Source of the DNA: an uncultured Acidobacteriota bacterium
Lineage (GTDB): Bacteria > Actinomycetota > Acidimicrobiia > Spongiisociales > ZC4RG35
DNA length: 64,000 nt
NCBI GenBank assembly: GCA_963789135.1
Contig: CAWBJJ010000002.1
Span: forward strand, 87,736-151,735
Direction: 5' to 3'
Shown here: positions 20,812 through 33,107 of the stretch, piece after piece
Layout: every line of letters starts with the position of its first letter
Numbering within the stretch: position 1 is the stretch's first letter
Notes under the pieces: generated by a model
The model's database searches: none
Told to the model about the DNA's origin: nothing
What the model saw: the letters and a program-made list of their open reading frames with translations, nothing else
Translations under genes and position numbers: made by a program

Positions 20812-20844
20812 GCTGAGGGGCGGGAGCTAGTCCCGCCCCTCAGC
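20812..20844 (+). terminator. GC-rich hairpin downstream of amt (putative intrinsic terminator)
   Basis: GCTGAGGGGCGGGA (20812-20825) pairs with TCCCGCCCCTCAGC (20831-20844) around a 5-nt loop. It starts 26 nt after the amt stop. No U-tract. Confidence 0.45.
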
Positions 20845-20944
20845 CCTGTGTCAGCCCTCATGGGATGGCCCCAGCCACGAGTAAGGGTCGCCACGATCCC
20901 GTTCAGTCCCGGCCGTGGCCTGACCGGACCGGTAGCTTCCAGCC

Positions 20945-21535
20945 ATGAGTTTTCGGCAGTGGAGCGCTCTTGCGATCCCGTTGCTGTTGTCAACGGCGTG
21001 TGGGGTCACCGGATCCGGTGACATCGTCATCGAGCAGCGAGAGGTCGCCGATTTCGCACGAATCGAGGTGTCCGATGGGATCGCGCTTCGGGTCACCGTC
21101 GATCCGGAGGCCACCACCGATGTTGTCGTCAGCTACGACGACAACGTGATCGACCAGATCAAGACTGAGGTGGTTGGGGACACCCTCCGCATCTTCAGCG
21201 AAGGGATGTACAACACCTTCGGAGGTGAGGATCGGCACGTGGAGGTCTCGCTGAGTGAACTGGTCGGAATCGAAGCATCAGGGGGATCCGATGTCGTCGG
21301 ACAAGGGGAAACGGCGATGCTGGAATTGGAAGCCAGTGGCGGAGCCAATCTCGATCTGACGACTCTCAACGTGAACGAGATGACTCTTCAGGCATCCGGT
21401 GGTGCCAACGTGACCGTCAACGTCACCGAATCCATCACGGGCGACGCATCGGGAGGCGCCGACGTGACCGTGACTGGAGATCCGCCCCAACAGAGCATTG
21501 AGACCAGCGGTGGTGCCGAGGTGTCGTATGGGTGA
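20945..21535 (+). CDS. lipoprotein with DUF2807 / putative adhesin head (GIN) domain
   Basis: Lipobox LLLSTAC|G. Repetitive beta-strand segments ASGGSDV / ASGGANL / ASGGANVTV / ASGGADVTV / TSGGAEV are typical of DUF2807. Confidence 0.6.
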   Translation: MSFRQWSALAIPLLLSTACGVTGSGDIVIEQREVADFARIEVSDGIALRVTVDPEATTDVVVSYDDNVIDQIKTEVVGDTLRIFSEGMYNTFGGEDRHVEVSLSELVGIEASGGSDVVGQGETAMLELEASGGANLDLTTLNVNEMTLQASGGANVTVNVTESITGDASGGADVTVTGDPPQQSIETSGGAEVSYG

Positions 21536-22502
21536 TGAGGCGGACCCACTCCCTCACGCCCGGGCCCCGTCGACGGTATCCGCCGAATGGCAGGAGTTCA
21601 TCGGGGAGATCCTCGATCCCGCCGGCCAGCCTCGGTTGCCCGAGCCCACGGATCTCGATTCGTGGCGGGAGCGGAACCGGGTGCTCGAGGCTGAGCGCTT
21701 GGCGATGGGCTACGGCGACCCGGGACCGGGGGTCGAAGTGTCCGGGGCCGAGGTCGGTGGCGTCCCGGTGCTGGATGTCCGGCCCGAAGGCTGGGTCGAC
21801 GACGGTCGTACGGTGCTCTACGCCCACGGCGGCGGCTATGTCGCCTTCACCGCACGCTCCACCATCGGGAATGCGGCGCTGGTGGCCCGGGCTTCCGGCT
21901 TTCGCGTGCTCTCCATCGACTACACCGTGGCCCCGTTCGCCCATTGGGAGGCGATCATCGACCAGGTCCTTTCGGTCTCGGCCTCGGTGGTCGATTCCGG
22001 GACAAGCCTGGACCGGATCGCGATCTACGGCGAGTCGGCGGGCGGCTCACTGGTGGCCGGTTCGGTTTTGAAGATGCGCGACCTGGGCCGGGGCATGCCT
22101 GCTGCGGTCGTGATGTGGTCGCCGTGGTCAGACATCACGAATGCCGGAGACAGCTATCGGACCTTGGCCCCGATCGAGGGGAGCTACGTGTACGAGCTCC
22201 ACCTCCAGCCCGCAGCCAACGCATACGCAAATCCTTCGGACCAAACCCACCCCTACGTGTCACCGGTATACGCCGACTACACGAAAGGTTTTCCACCCAC
22301 CCTGATCCAGGGCGGCACCCGGGAGATCTTCCTCAGCAACTTCGTTCGCCACTTTCAGGCTCTCGACCAGGCCGGGGTCGAGGTCAAACTCGACCTCTAC
22401 GAGGGGATGCCCCACGTCTTCCAGAACAAGCTGCCCGAGTCGCCGGAGTCGCGGATCGCGGTCGCCAAGACCGCGGAGTGGATCAGAGACCGGATTGGCT
22501 GA
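21528..22502 (+). CDS. alpha/beta hydrolase (esterase/lipase, HSL-like)
   Basis: HGGGY oxyanion motif (YAHGGGYV) and GESAGG nucleophile elbow. The ATG at 21528 overlaps the end of the upstream gene. Confidence 0.8.
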   Translation: MGDEADPLPHARAPSTVSAEWQEFIGEILDPAGQPRLPEPTDLDSWRERNRVLEAERLAMGYGDPGPGVEVSGAEVGGVPVLDVRPEGWVDDGRTVLYAHGGGYVAFTARSTIGNAALVARASGFRVLSIDYTVAPFAHWEAIIDQVLSVSASVVDSGTSLDRIAIYGESAGGSLVAGSVLKMRDLGRGMPAAVVMWSPWSDITNAGDSYRTLAPIEGSYVYELHLQPAANAYANPSDQTHPYVSPVYADYTKGFPPTLIQGGTREIFLSNFVRHFQALDQAGVEVKLDLYEGMPHVFQNKLPESPESRIAVAKTAEWIRDRIG

Positions 22503-23226
22503 GGGCGGCGTCGGCGAACTCGGCCATGGAGAAGAACACCTGGTCGGGCTGGTGTGGCGCCTCGACCCGGGCAGTTGCTCCCCAATTCCCGCCTTCCGAC
22601 AGCCGCTGACGGTCGATCCAGGCGGTGGTCAGCCCCAGGTCGCGGGCGGGGACATGGTCGTGAAACAGGCTTTGGGCGACATGGAGAAGCTCTTCGGCCT
22701 CGATGTCGAGGTCGGCCCGGACGTGCTCGAGGAGGTACTCGAAATTGCGTCGGTCCGGCTTGTAGGAGCCGATGTCCTCTGCGGTGTAGATCGCGTCGAA
22801 CTCGGTTCCCAAGCGGCGGGCCGAGGCAGCGAATCCGGCTCGGTGGACGTTGGAGAGAATCACGAGGCGAAACCTGGTGGAAAGCGCTTGCAGAGCCGCG
22901 GCGCTGTCGTCGAAAGGAGGCCAGTCGGGCACCGATTCGCCAAAGGCCTCGTCCAACTCCATGGTCGTGCTCAGGCCGAACCGCCCGGCCAGCTGTCGAT
23001 GGACCAGGGACAGAATCCGGGGGTAGACAGTGGAGGGAGCCCTGGCTTGGGCGGCGCTTTCCACCTCGGCGAAGGCCTCGAGAATCCGGCGACGATCCAT
23101 GTCCGAGTGGTCGTTGTCGTGAAGCAACGGTTGAAGTGCCTCCCAGATGCCGCTCTCCCAATCGATCAGTGTCCCGTAACAGTCGAAGCTCAAGGCTCGG
23201 TAGTCGGAGAAGGGTCGCGAACTCAC
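22483..23226 (-). CDS. HAD-superfamily hydrolase (haloacid dehalogenase type II-like)
   Basis: 247 aa. The N-terminal motif I is FDCYGTLIDWE, and the length is typical. Confidence 0.7.
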   Translation of the reverse strand: MSSRPFSDYRALSFDCYGTLIDWESGIWEALQPLLHDNDHSDMDRRRILEAFAEVESAAQARAPSTVYPRILSLVHRQLAGRFGLSTTMELDEAFGESVPDWPPFDDSAAALQALSTRFRLVILSNVHRAGFAASARRLGTEFDAIYTAEDIGSYKPDRRNFEYLLEHVRADLDIEAEELLHVAQSLFHDHVPARDLGLTTAWIDRQRLSEGGNWGATARVEAPHQPDQVFFSMAEFADAALSQSGL

Positions 23227-23233
23227 ATCGGGT

Positions 23234-24422
23234 TCAAATGAGACGGCCGGCGTGCTCGTACAGCGGTGCGCCGTCGATGCAGCGCTGAGGTCCGAGGCGG
23301 CTCAGGTCGAGCTCGTGAGGCAGGTCGAGGATGCACTCGGCGAGATATCTCCCGACCGCCGGGCCCTGTTGCAAGCCGTGCCCGGAGAACCCGGAGGCGA
23401 CGAACAGGCCGGAGATCGTGGGCCACTCGCCGATGATCGCGTTGCCATCGAGAGTGTTCACGTCGTAGAGCCCTGCCCAGCTCCTCTCCACCCGAAGTTG
23501 GTCGAAGGCCGGGAGGTGGGTTACGAGCTCCGGCCATAGCAACTCCACGAAGCGGTCCTGGCTGGCGGGCGTGAAGTCGAATCCCACCGGATCTTCGGGT
23601 CGCGACCATCCGACCAACCAGGTGGTGTCCGACTCGGGTATGGCGTACACCCCGGACGGAAGGAACACCGATGGCATGCCCTTGGTTTCGACCGTCGTCG
23701 CTACCACGTACACCGTGCGCATCACCGGCTCCACGGGAAGGTCGGCTCCAATGGGGGCGGCCAGTGCCGGGGCCCATGCCCCGGTGCTGTTCAGGACGAT
23801 GGAGCCGGTGATTTGGGAGCCGTCGCTGAGACGGACCCCACGCATCTCACCATCGCTCGCCAGGAGCTCGACAACTTCCCCCTGGATCGGGACCGCCCCC
23901 AGCTCGATCGCCTTGGCCCGATACCCGCGGAGCATCGCCCCAGGATCAACTGAGCCATCCTGCATCCCCAAGGTTCCCCCGACCATGGTGCCGGTCCGAT
24001 AACCAGGGAATTTGGCCCCGATCTCAGCGATGTCCAGCCATTCCACGTCGCATCCCAGGCGTTCCTGGACATCCAGCCCGGCCAAGGCGGCGTCGCGAGT
24101 CGATTCGTCGGCGAGGAACAGGTTCCCCTGGTGTCGGGCGCCGACCTCAGGGCGGAAGGTGGCGGTGGACATGTCGTCGGCGAAGGTGTCGAGAACCGTC
24201 ATCGTGTGCTGGGAGATGCGGATGTTCTCCTCGAGGTTGAACTGGATCCGGACGTTGCCGTCAGAGAGGACCGTGGAGGCCCGGGAATAGCCGGGATCCA
24301 TCTCCACTATCGCCACCCGCTGCTCGGGTTCAGCACCGGAGCAGGTGGTACGCGGTCGAGCAGCCCATGATGCCGCCGCCGGCCACGATCACATCGAAGT
24401 GGTGCCCGTTCTGCGGTGGCAT
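23234..24422 (-). pseudogene. FAD-dependent oxidoreductase (DAO / sarcosine-oxidase-beta-like), one frameshift near the 5' end
   Basis: The dinucleotide-binding N-terminus MPPQNGHHFDVIVAGGGIMGCSTAYHLL (from the ATG at 24422) is in a different frame from the 360-aa body (EPEQRVAIVEMDPGYS...). Indel near 24340. Confidence 0.7.
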
Positions 24423-24443
24423 CGTTCGAGGGTAGGTGTCGGA

Positions 24444-26765
<2,322 letters not shown>

Positions 26766-26933
26766 GTCCTTTCGTTGCAGACGCGAATCAATCGAAGTCG
26801 ATATCGAAGCCCGTTGTGCCGGGCCGAAACGGGGTTTCCTGGAGCCTCCAACCTCACAACGGACGGCGAATCTACCCGTTCCGGATTCGGTGTAGGAAAT
26901 CCATCATGCCGTGCCCTGGCATGTCTCTCGAGC

Positions 26934-27620
26934 TCACAGGTGCAGGGCCAGGAGGGCAACAGCCAGCAGCGGGACGGTGATCGAGAGCAGCCGGAGCGGG
27001 CGCTCCCAGGTACCGAGAAGCTCTGCGGGCTCCCAGTCGGGTTGGCTCGATGATCCGGTGCGGCGCATATGGCGCGCCGGGGTGCTCAACTCGCGTTGCA
27101 CCTTGCTCAACATCGTGGCGACCGCAGCCATCAGCACCGCGGCCCAGGACAGGGCCTCGGTCTGGGACCAGTAGCCCACCAGGACCGGGAACGCCCCCCA
27201 GGAGACCGCGAAACCCCAGTCTGAGTGGATGAGGGGTGACCATTCCAGGGCGTACCCGGTGGCGAGGACGACTCCGATGGTGACCCATATGAGCAGGGCC
27301 GGGCCGATGACGTACGCACCGGCAACACCGAGGGCAGCCCCGGCGGCGAGGCCTCCGATGCCGAGGGCCCACAGGGTGCGGTCGCTGAGCCCAGTGCGCA
27401 AAGGCCGGTCGTGGGCCTCGTCGAGGGCGTGGGCTCCGATGCCGAGCCCGAAGAAGAACGCGAGAAGGGCGCCGGCCAGAATCACCCAGTCGATGTCGGG
27501 CGCCAGGGCTGCCCCGATCACCAGGTACGAGAGGTGCCACAGCGTGTACGGGGGATGAAGCAGGGTGATCAGATCGCGTCCCGGAGATCCCGACCGGGCG
27601 TAGAAAGCCCGCTCAGTCAC
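26934..27620 (-). CDS. polytopic membrane protein, function unknown
   Basis: 228 aa, about 7 hydrophobic helices, one acidic motif HALDEAHD. Its start overlaps the 3' end of the upstream methyltransferase gene by 8 nt. Confidence 0.55.
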   Translation of the reverse strand: MTERAFYARSGSPGRDLITLLHPPYTLWHLSYLVIGAALAPDIDWVILAGALLAFFFGLGIGAHALDEAHDRPLRTGLSDRTLWALGIGGLAAGAALGVAGAYVIGPALLIWVTIGVVLATGYALEWSPLIHSDWGFAVSWGAFPVLVGYWSQTEALSWAAVLMAAVATMLSKVQRELSTPARHMRRTGSSSQPDWEPAELLGTWERPLRLLSITVPLLAVALLALHL

Positions 27621-28296
27621 CGCGGATGCCCCAGATCAGGAACCCGCCACCCAACGACATCGAGCGCCAGCGAACCTGCCCGATACCCGCATCCGCCCAA
27701 AGCCGCGCCAGTTCCTGGGGGGTCCGGCCGGCCCAGAAGCGGTCGATACTCGGCCCGAGGAATCGGCCGACCTCCGCCCAACCCTCACCGATCACAAGTC
27801 CGGCGACCGGCAGCCCCACTCTGGTGTAGAGCCACCAAAGCGGGCCCCACGGGCCGTGGGGGCGTCCAAACTCGAGGGCGGCGATGACGCCGCCGGGGCG
27901 CACTACCCGCGCCAGCTCCGTCAAGGCCGCGGGCAGGTCCTCCACGTAGCGAAGGAGATATCCGAAGGTAACCCCGTCGACCGAACCGGAGGCCAGAGGG
28001 AGCTTCTCACCGGTCGCCAGGATTCTGGGGACCGCGGGGTTGCCGAGCATGGCGAGCATCTCCGGGCTCTGGTCGAGGGCCACCACCCGTAAGCCGGCCT
28101 TGGTCAAAGAGCGGGTGATCGACCCGGTGCCGGCCGCGACGTCGAGGACCAAGGACCCAGAAGGGAGGCCGATGCCTTCCACCAGCGACTCCCTCCACCT
28201 TCGGTCCTGGCCCAGGCTGAGGATCGCCGCCCACCGCTCGTAGCTGGCGGCTATCGGATGGAAGAGTTGGGTGGCGACCTCGGGAGGGGATGTCAC
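27613..28296 (-). CDS. class I SAM-dependent methyltransferase (UbiE/MenG/COQ5-like)
   Basis: VLDVAAGTGSITRSL is SAM motif I, followed by ALDQSPEML and FGYLLRYVEDL. 227 aa. Confidence 0.75.
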   Translation of the reverse strand: MTSPPEVATQLFHPIAASYERWAAILSLGQDRRWRESLVEGIGLPSGSLVLDVAAGTGSITRSLTKAGLRVVALDQSPEMLAMLGNPAVPRILATGEKLPLASGSVDGVTFGYLLRYVEDLPAALTELARVVRPGGVIAALEFGRPHGPWGPLWWLYTRVGLPVAGLVIGEGWAEVGRFLGPSIDRFWAGRTPQELARLWADAGIGQVRWRSMSLGGGFLIWGIRGD

Positions 28297-28341
28297 CAGG
28301 CGAAGGTACCGATGAAGACCAGCGCGTGCCTCGGCGGTCGA

Positions 28342-28704
28342 TCAGGTCACCGTGACTGTGGCGAACATTCCCTCTTCGTAATGGTCGATGACGTTCCCAT
28401 CGTCGTCCTGGCCGACGATGCGACAGGTGAACGAGTACTCGCCGGGGGCGAGGTCGACGGACAGGTTGGTGCTCTCCCCCGATCCGATCACTTCACCTGC
28501 CGACACCACGTGTCCCCCGGCATCTGTGATCACCAGCGTGTGTGAGTATTCGCCGGTGTTGTTGATCGAGAGGTCGACAGGTCCGGATGCGAGGGCGGTG
28601 ACTCCGGGGTCGATGCCGAACTCGAAGAGCTCCACCTCGGTCGCCGATGCTGACGGTGCCTGACAGGCGACGACAGCGACCAGGAGGAAGGCGAGCCGTC
28701 TCAT
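28342..28704 (-). CDS. secreted cupredoxin-like protein
   Basis: Signal peptide MRRLAFLLVAVVAC. The candidate type-1 copper ligand pattern is H (YSHTL) ... C (FTCRIV) ... H (IDHY) ... M (EEGM). Its ATG overlaps the stop of the upstream kinase gene (ATGA). Confidence 0.55.
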   Translation of the reverse strand: MRRLAFLLVAVVACQAPSASATEVELFEFGIDPGVTALASGPVDLSINNTGEYSHTLVITDAGGHVVSAGEVIGSGESTNLSVDLAPGEYSFTCRIVGQDDDGNVIDHYEEGMFATVTVT

Positions 28705-30176
28705 GCCACACCCACTGCCGCATCGATGCGGGCGACAGGAAGGGCGATCGTGATGGTGGTTCCCTCCGACGAGGTCCAGACGAGGAGCGAGGCGCTCATG
28801 GCCTCGGCCATCAACTTTGCCATGTAGAGGCCCAGCCCGGTGCCCGAGCTTCGGCTGTCCTTCTCGAACTTCTCGAAGGCGCGGGGCAGGAACTCTTCCC
28901 GGATCCCGGGGCCGTCATCGGAAACCGAGATGAAGACTGCCGGGTCGGGCGTCGCGTCCAACCACGATTTGCGGCTGATGGATCTCCTCGGCGCTGCAAT
29001 GGATCCGCACATTGCGTGCCCCGTGCGTGAAGGCATTGTCGGCCAGAGATGAGCACAGGTTGCGCAAGGTCTGAAGGTCCGTCATCACCATCGGATCATC
29101 GCCTTCACGGTGGCAGTCCGGGGCGTGACTGGAGATGACCCGGGAGTGGGACATGGCGACCGCGTCGCACACCTTCGAGAAGGGGACCGGTTCCGGGGTG
29201 TATGAAAGACCACGATTCTCGACCCGGGCGACTGCCAGAAGCTGATCGATCATCGTTTGCAGGCGCCGTCCATCGTGGACCAGCGCCTCGAGGATCTCGT
29301 CCCGGTCCGGGCTGTCGGGCTCACTCATCATCAGCAGCTCGGCTCCCGTGACCACGCTGGTCAGGGGGGTCCGCAGCTCGTGATTGATCATCAACACGAA
29401 CTCGGCTCGGATCCGGTTCTTCTCCTCGGCGAGAGCGAGTGCCGCCTCGGCCTTGCGTCGCGAGCCGTCCAGCTCGACGTTGTGGGTCTGCAGGGACTCG
29501 GACTCTTTGCGCAGAAACGCCGATTCGAGAGCTATCTCGCGGTACCTCTGGATCGATCGCGCTCTGCCGATCACCATCAGGAGGGCGGCCAGGGCGACGA
29601 CCATCGCGGCCACTGCCAACTGGACGGTCGGCGCCTGGATCCCAAGAGCACCTGCCCGCCGAGCAAGGAGAGCCGATATGTCGTAGTAGAGGAGGAGCGA
29701 GCGGCCCTCGCTGCCGGGTAGCACCGCCATGTAGAGGGCGTCGCCGGCCTCCCACGCTGTGACACTGTCGATCTCGAGGGCCTGGTCGAGAGGGGAGGCG
29801 ACTGCGGCGAAGCTCGCCGAGCTGAGGGCGTATTGGATGACGGGGTTATCGATGCTGGACCCGATCATGGGGTCTGAGGTCGAGGCAATGACCGTCCCAT
29901 CGTCGTCGAGGAGAGCCACGCCTTCGATGTCGAGCGAGTTACGCAGTTGCCGAACTGCCTCCTGATCGGTGGTACCGGCTGCCACCCAGGAGTCCATTGG
30001 GCGAGGCCCGAGCGTGCCTCGTCATAGAAGAGCTGTCCTTCTCCGATGGGCTTGGTCGCCTGGCGCTGATACGCGATTGCGGCAACTGCGAACGCGATCG
30101 AAAAGACCGCGAACAGTGCGGTCAGCGCGATCCACCAATGTGAGGGCCGCGTCCCATGCGAGCTACGGGGCGCCAT
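28701..30176 (-). pseudogene. membrane sensor histidine kinase with periplasmic domain, two frameshifts
   Basis: The first segment is MAPRSS...HWWIALTALFAVFSIAFAVAAIAY (TM1), with a shift near 29997. The second is MDSWVAAG...periplasmic region...TM2...H-box MINHELRTPLT...N-box, with a shift near 28985. The third carries the G-boxes VSDDGPGI and GTGLGLYMAK. Confidence 0.75.
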
Positions 30177-30226
30177 GTGGAAGAAAATCGGCGTCGTAAC
30201 GGCATCCCTTGAGCCGTGAAGCCTGG

Positions 30227-32038
30227 TCAGGCCGACTTGGAGGTGTGCCAATCGACGAAGCGGCCCATCCGACGGTAGAAGTCGAGCTGTGGCTCACGAT
30301 GGAGGAGCCCGTGAGCCTCGGTGGGGTAACTCACGAACTCGAACTGCTTGTGATTGGCCTCCAAGGCCTGCAGCAGCTCCTCGGCTTGTTTGTAGTGGGT
30401 CCTCGGGTCCTTCTCGCCATGGATGAACAGCAGGGGAGCCTCGATCTGGGCCACCGACTCGATCGGAGAGGCGGCCCGGTAGGCCTCCGCATTCAGGTCA
30501 GGGGGGCCGAGCAAGCGGAGGAACTCGTCGTGGCCGACTACGTCGGTCTGCTCCCAGGAGGTGAACATGTTGTAGTCGCCGTACTTGGCGACTCCGCAGG
30601 CAAATGGGCTGTCGGGGCGACCGAGAGCGGCGACCGTGAGATATGCCCCGTACGACGCTCCGAAGATCACGATCCTGTCGGAGTCGACCCAATCGACTCC
30701 GGCGAGGAAGCCCGCCGCTGCCACGCAGTCATCGGTGTCGCCGACCCCGAGATCGCCGTGGTTCGCCCTCTCGAACGCGAGACCGTATCCGGTCGAGCCC
30801 CGAAAGTTGATCCCCATCCATCCGTAGCCCTTTTCGATGAAGTGCTGTGCGTGCCCATCCCAGTCCTCCCCGTAGTAGTCCGTGGGCCCACCGTGGGCAT
30901 AGAGGATGACCGGTGCGCGATCGGCGAGGTCGGCAGGTCTCGAGAGGAATCCCTCGATCTCGAACCCACCCGACGACTGGAAGGTGACTCGTTCCATCCC
31001 GGCGGGTTTGGCCGCCTGGATGGCGGGTGGCGCTTGGTCGAACAGGGTCCGCCGCTCCCCGTCATTTCCCACGTAGATCAGACGCGGGTAGGTCTCCCAC
31101 GACTCATGGGTGGCGACGATCCCCCTCTCGACGACGACCGGCGCTCCCCACAGCCCGCCCCGATCCAAAATCGTGACTTTGCCGTCGAGGTCCACTCGAA
31201 CCAGGTCGGACCGACCCCGGTTGGAGGCGGTGGCGAAGATGAACGAGCCATCCCGGGACCAGACCGGTGACGCGATGTCGAACTCACCCTCGGCGAGGAG
31301 GCTCCTGTCACCTCCGGTGAAGTCGCAGGTATAGAGGCCGAACCGCTCCTCCGGTTCCTGGGTGAAGACGATCTGATCCCCATAGGCCCGGGCCCAAAGG
31401 GCACGCCGATCAGGGAGCCCGACGATGGTCGACCAAGCTTCCCCGGGCACGACCCGGATGATGTCGGAACGATTGAGGTCGGAGCCCGGGTAGTAGGTGG
31501 CGACGATGCTTCCGTCGTCTGCGACCACCGGGTCGGTGACCTGACCTCCATCAGGTCCGATCATCTCCGGTTGCGGGTCGGAGACTGAGACCACCGCGAG
31601 TTGGGATCTCATGTCGACCTCGACCACTACGACCATGCGCTCGTCGTCGATCCAGGCTCCTGAGGATGCATTGATCACCTTTTTGTCCGTGCCGGAGCCG
31701 AGGTCGATCACCCGGACCCAGCCGTCGTCGTCGTAGGCGATCCTCGACCCATTGGGTGAGAAACTGGGAGGGGAGTCGTCCCAGTATGCGACGGGTGAGC
31801 GACTCGTGGTCAGCCTGGACGCATTCCCGCCCAGATCGACCGTCCATATGTCATAGGTGCCATCGAGATCGAGGACGAAGGCCACGGTTCTGCCGTCCGG
31901 AGAGGCCGTCGGATCGTGAGGCCGGGCTGTCGACCAAATGTCTTCCAGGCGCCAGTGCCCGGGGTCGATGGCTCCTGGCATGAAGCGGCTCGGCTCCCCG
32001 CCGACCACTTCGCGCCCAATCCAGTTCTGTTCTGTCAC
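30227..32038 (-). CDS. S9-family serine peptidase (prolyl oligopeptidase / acylaminoacyl-peptidase-like) with N-terminal beta-propeller
   Basis: 603 aa. TolB/propeller-like repeats (SPDG.., SPNG..) and a C-terminal alpha/beta domain with GASYGAY (GxSxG). Confidence 0.8.
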   Translation of the reverse strand: MTEQNWIGREVVGGEPSRFMPGAIDPGHWRLEDIWSTARPHDPTASPDGRTVAFVLDLDGTYDIWTVDLGGNASRLTTSRSPVAYWDDSPPSFSPNGSRIAYDDDGWVRVIDLGSGTDKKVINASSGAWIDDERMVVVVEVDMRSQLAVVSVSDPQPEMIGPDGGQVTDPVVADDGSIVATYYPGSDLNRSDIIRVVPGEAWSTIVGLPDRRALWARAYGDQIVFTQEPEERFGLYTCDFTGGDRSLLAEGEFDIASPVWSRDGSFIFATASNRGRSDLVRVDLDGKVTILDRGGLWGAPVVVERGIVATHESWETYPRLIYVGNDGERRTLFDQAPPAIQAAKPAGMERVTFQSSGGFEIEGFLSRPADLADRAPVILYAHGGPTDYYGEDWDGHAQHFIEKGYGWMGINFRGSTGYGLAFERANHGDLGVGDTDDCVAAAGFLAGVDWVDSDRIVIFGASYGAYLTVAALGRPDSPFACGVAKYGDYNMFTSWEQTDVVGHDEFLRLLGPPDLNAEAYRAASPIESVAQIEAPLLFIHGEKDPRTHYKQAEELLQALEANHKQFEFVSYPTEAHGLLHREPQLDFYRRMGRFVDWHTSKSA

Positions 32039-32048
32039 CTGCCCCTCC

Positions 32049-33107
32049 TCAGGTAGCGAACGCGGCCAAGATAGCTACGACGTCGCTACCCAGGGAAGCA
32101 AGGTGGTAACCACCCTCCTGGATCAAAACCGTTGGCAGGCCGAGGCTCTCGATCTGGCGCCCGGCCGACCTGAAGCCCTCATTCGTCACCCGGAGCGGGC
32201 TCTCGGGATCGGCGGCACCGGCATCGACTCCCAGCGAGACCACCAGGACTTCTGGCGCGAATCGGCTCATCCAATCGCAGGCTTCTCCGAGCCGGGCCTC
32301 GAACTCGGGGTCGCCCGAGCCAGGAGCCATGGGGAGGTTGAGGTTGGTGCCACTTCCATCGCCGGCGCCGGACTCGTCCGCGAAGCCGCACCAATGGGGA
32401 AACCATCCCTCACCGGGGTCGACATGAGTCGACACATACCCGACGTCGGCTCGCTCGTAGAAGATCTCCTGGGTGCCGTTGCCGTGGTGGGCGTCGATGT
32501 CGAGGACGGCGACTTTGCTCGCTCCAGAGCGAGCCAACCACTCTGCCGCCACGGCGGCGCTATTCAGATAGCAAGAGCCGCCGAAGTAGCTGCTTCCCGC
32601 GTGATGCCCAGGTGGGCGCACCGGGGCATAGGCAGCAGCGGCCCCATCCAGGACCAGGCCGGCCGCGGTTAGCGCTCCGTCTACCGCAGCCCGGGCTCCT
32701 GCATAGGTGCCAGGGCCGATCACCGTGGCGGTGTCCATGCAATAGACGCCGGCCATGGCTGCCCGGCTCGTCGGTTCTCGAGCCGGGTATTTCCCGAAAG
32801 CCGCGGGGTGGGGGAATGCGTAGGCCACGACCCGGTCGACACCAGGGTCATCTGCATATCCGGCTTCCATCCATCGCGTGTGCGCCGACTCCAGATAGTC
32901 GATCATCGCCGGCTCATGGACCGCCTCGATGTGGCTTCTGTCGTGCGTCTCGGACGCGACGATCGGGATCCCGGCTTGCTCCAGTGCGTCCTTGAGGATC
33001 AGAGCCCGGTCCGCCTCCTCATCGCCCGGGAGGCGGGCCCCAACCCACACCAGCCAGTTGGCATCGTGAGTGAGATAGCCCTCCGACCACACCGCGGTGA
33101 GAGTCAT
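32049..33107 (-). CDS. histone-deacetylase-family amidohydrolase (acetylpolyamine/acetoin-utilisation type)
   Basis: RPPGHHAG and DIDAHHGNGTQEIF motifs. 352 aa. Confidence 0.8.
   Translation of the reverse strand: MTLTAVWSEGYLTHDANWLVWVGARLPGDEEADRALILKDALEQAGIPIVASETHDRSHIEAVHEPAMIDYLESAHTRWMEAGYADDPGVDRVVAYAFPHPAAFGKYPAREPTSRAAMAGVYCMDTATVIGPGTYAGARAAVDGALTAAGLVLDGAAAAYAPVRPPGHHAGSSYFGGSCYLNSAAVAAEWLARSGASKVAVLDIDAHHGNGTQEIFYERADVGYVSTHVDPGEGWFPHWCGFADESGAGDGSGTNLNLPMAPGSGDPEFEARLGEACDWMSRFAPEVLVVSLGVDAGAADPESPLRVTNEGFRSAGRQIESLGLPTVLIQEGGYHLASLGSDVVAILAAFAT

Noticed and set aside
26798-26807. The 10-bp palindrome TCGATATCGA, flanked by an ATCGAAG direct repeat, about 30-40 nt upstream of hppA.
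   Set aside because: It is short and could occur by chance. No adjacent regulator gene or second copy was seen, so it is noted only as a possible site.
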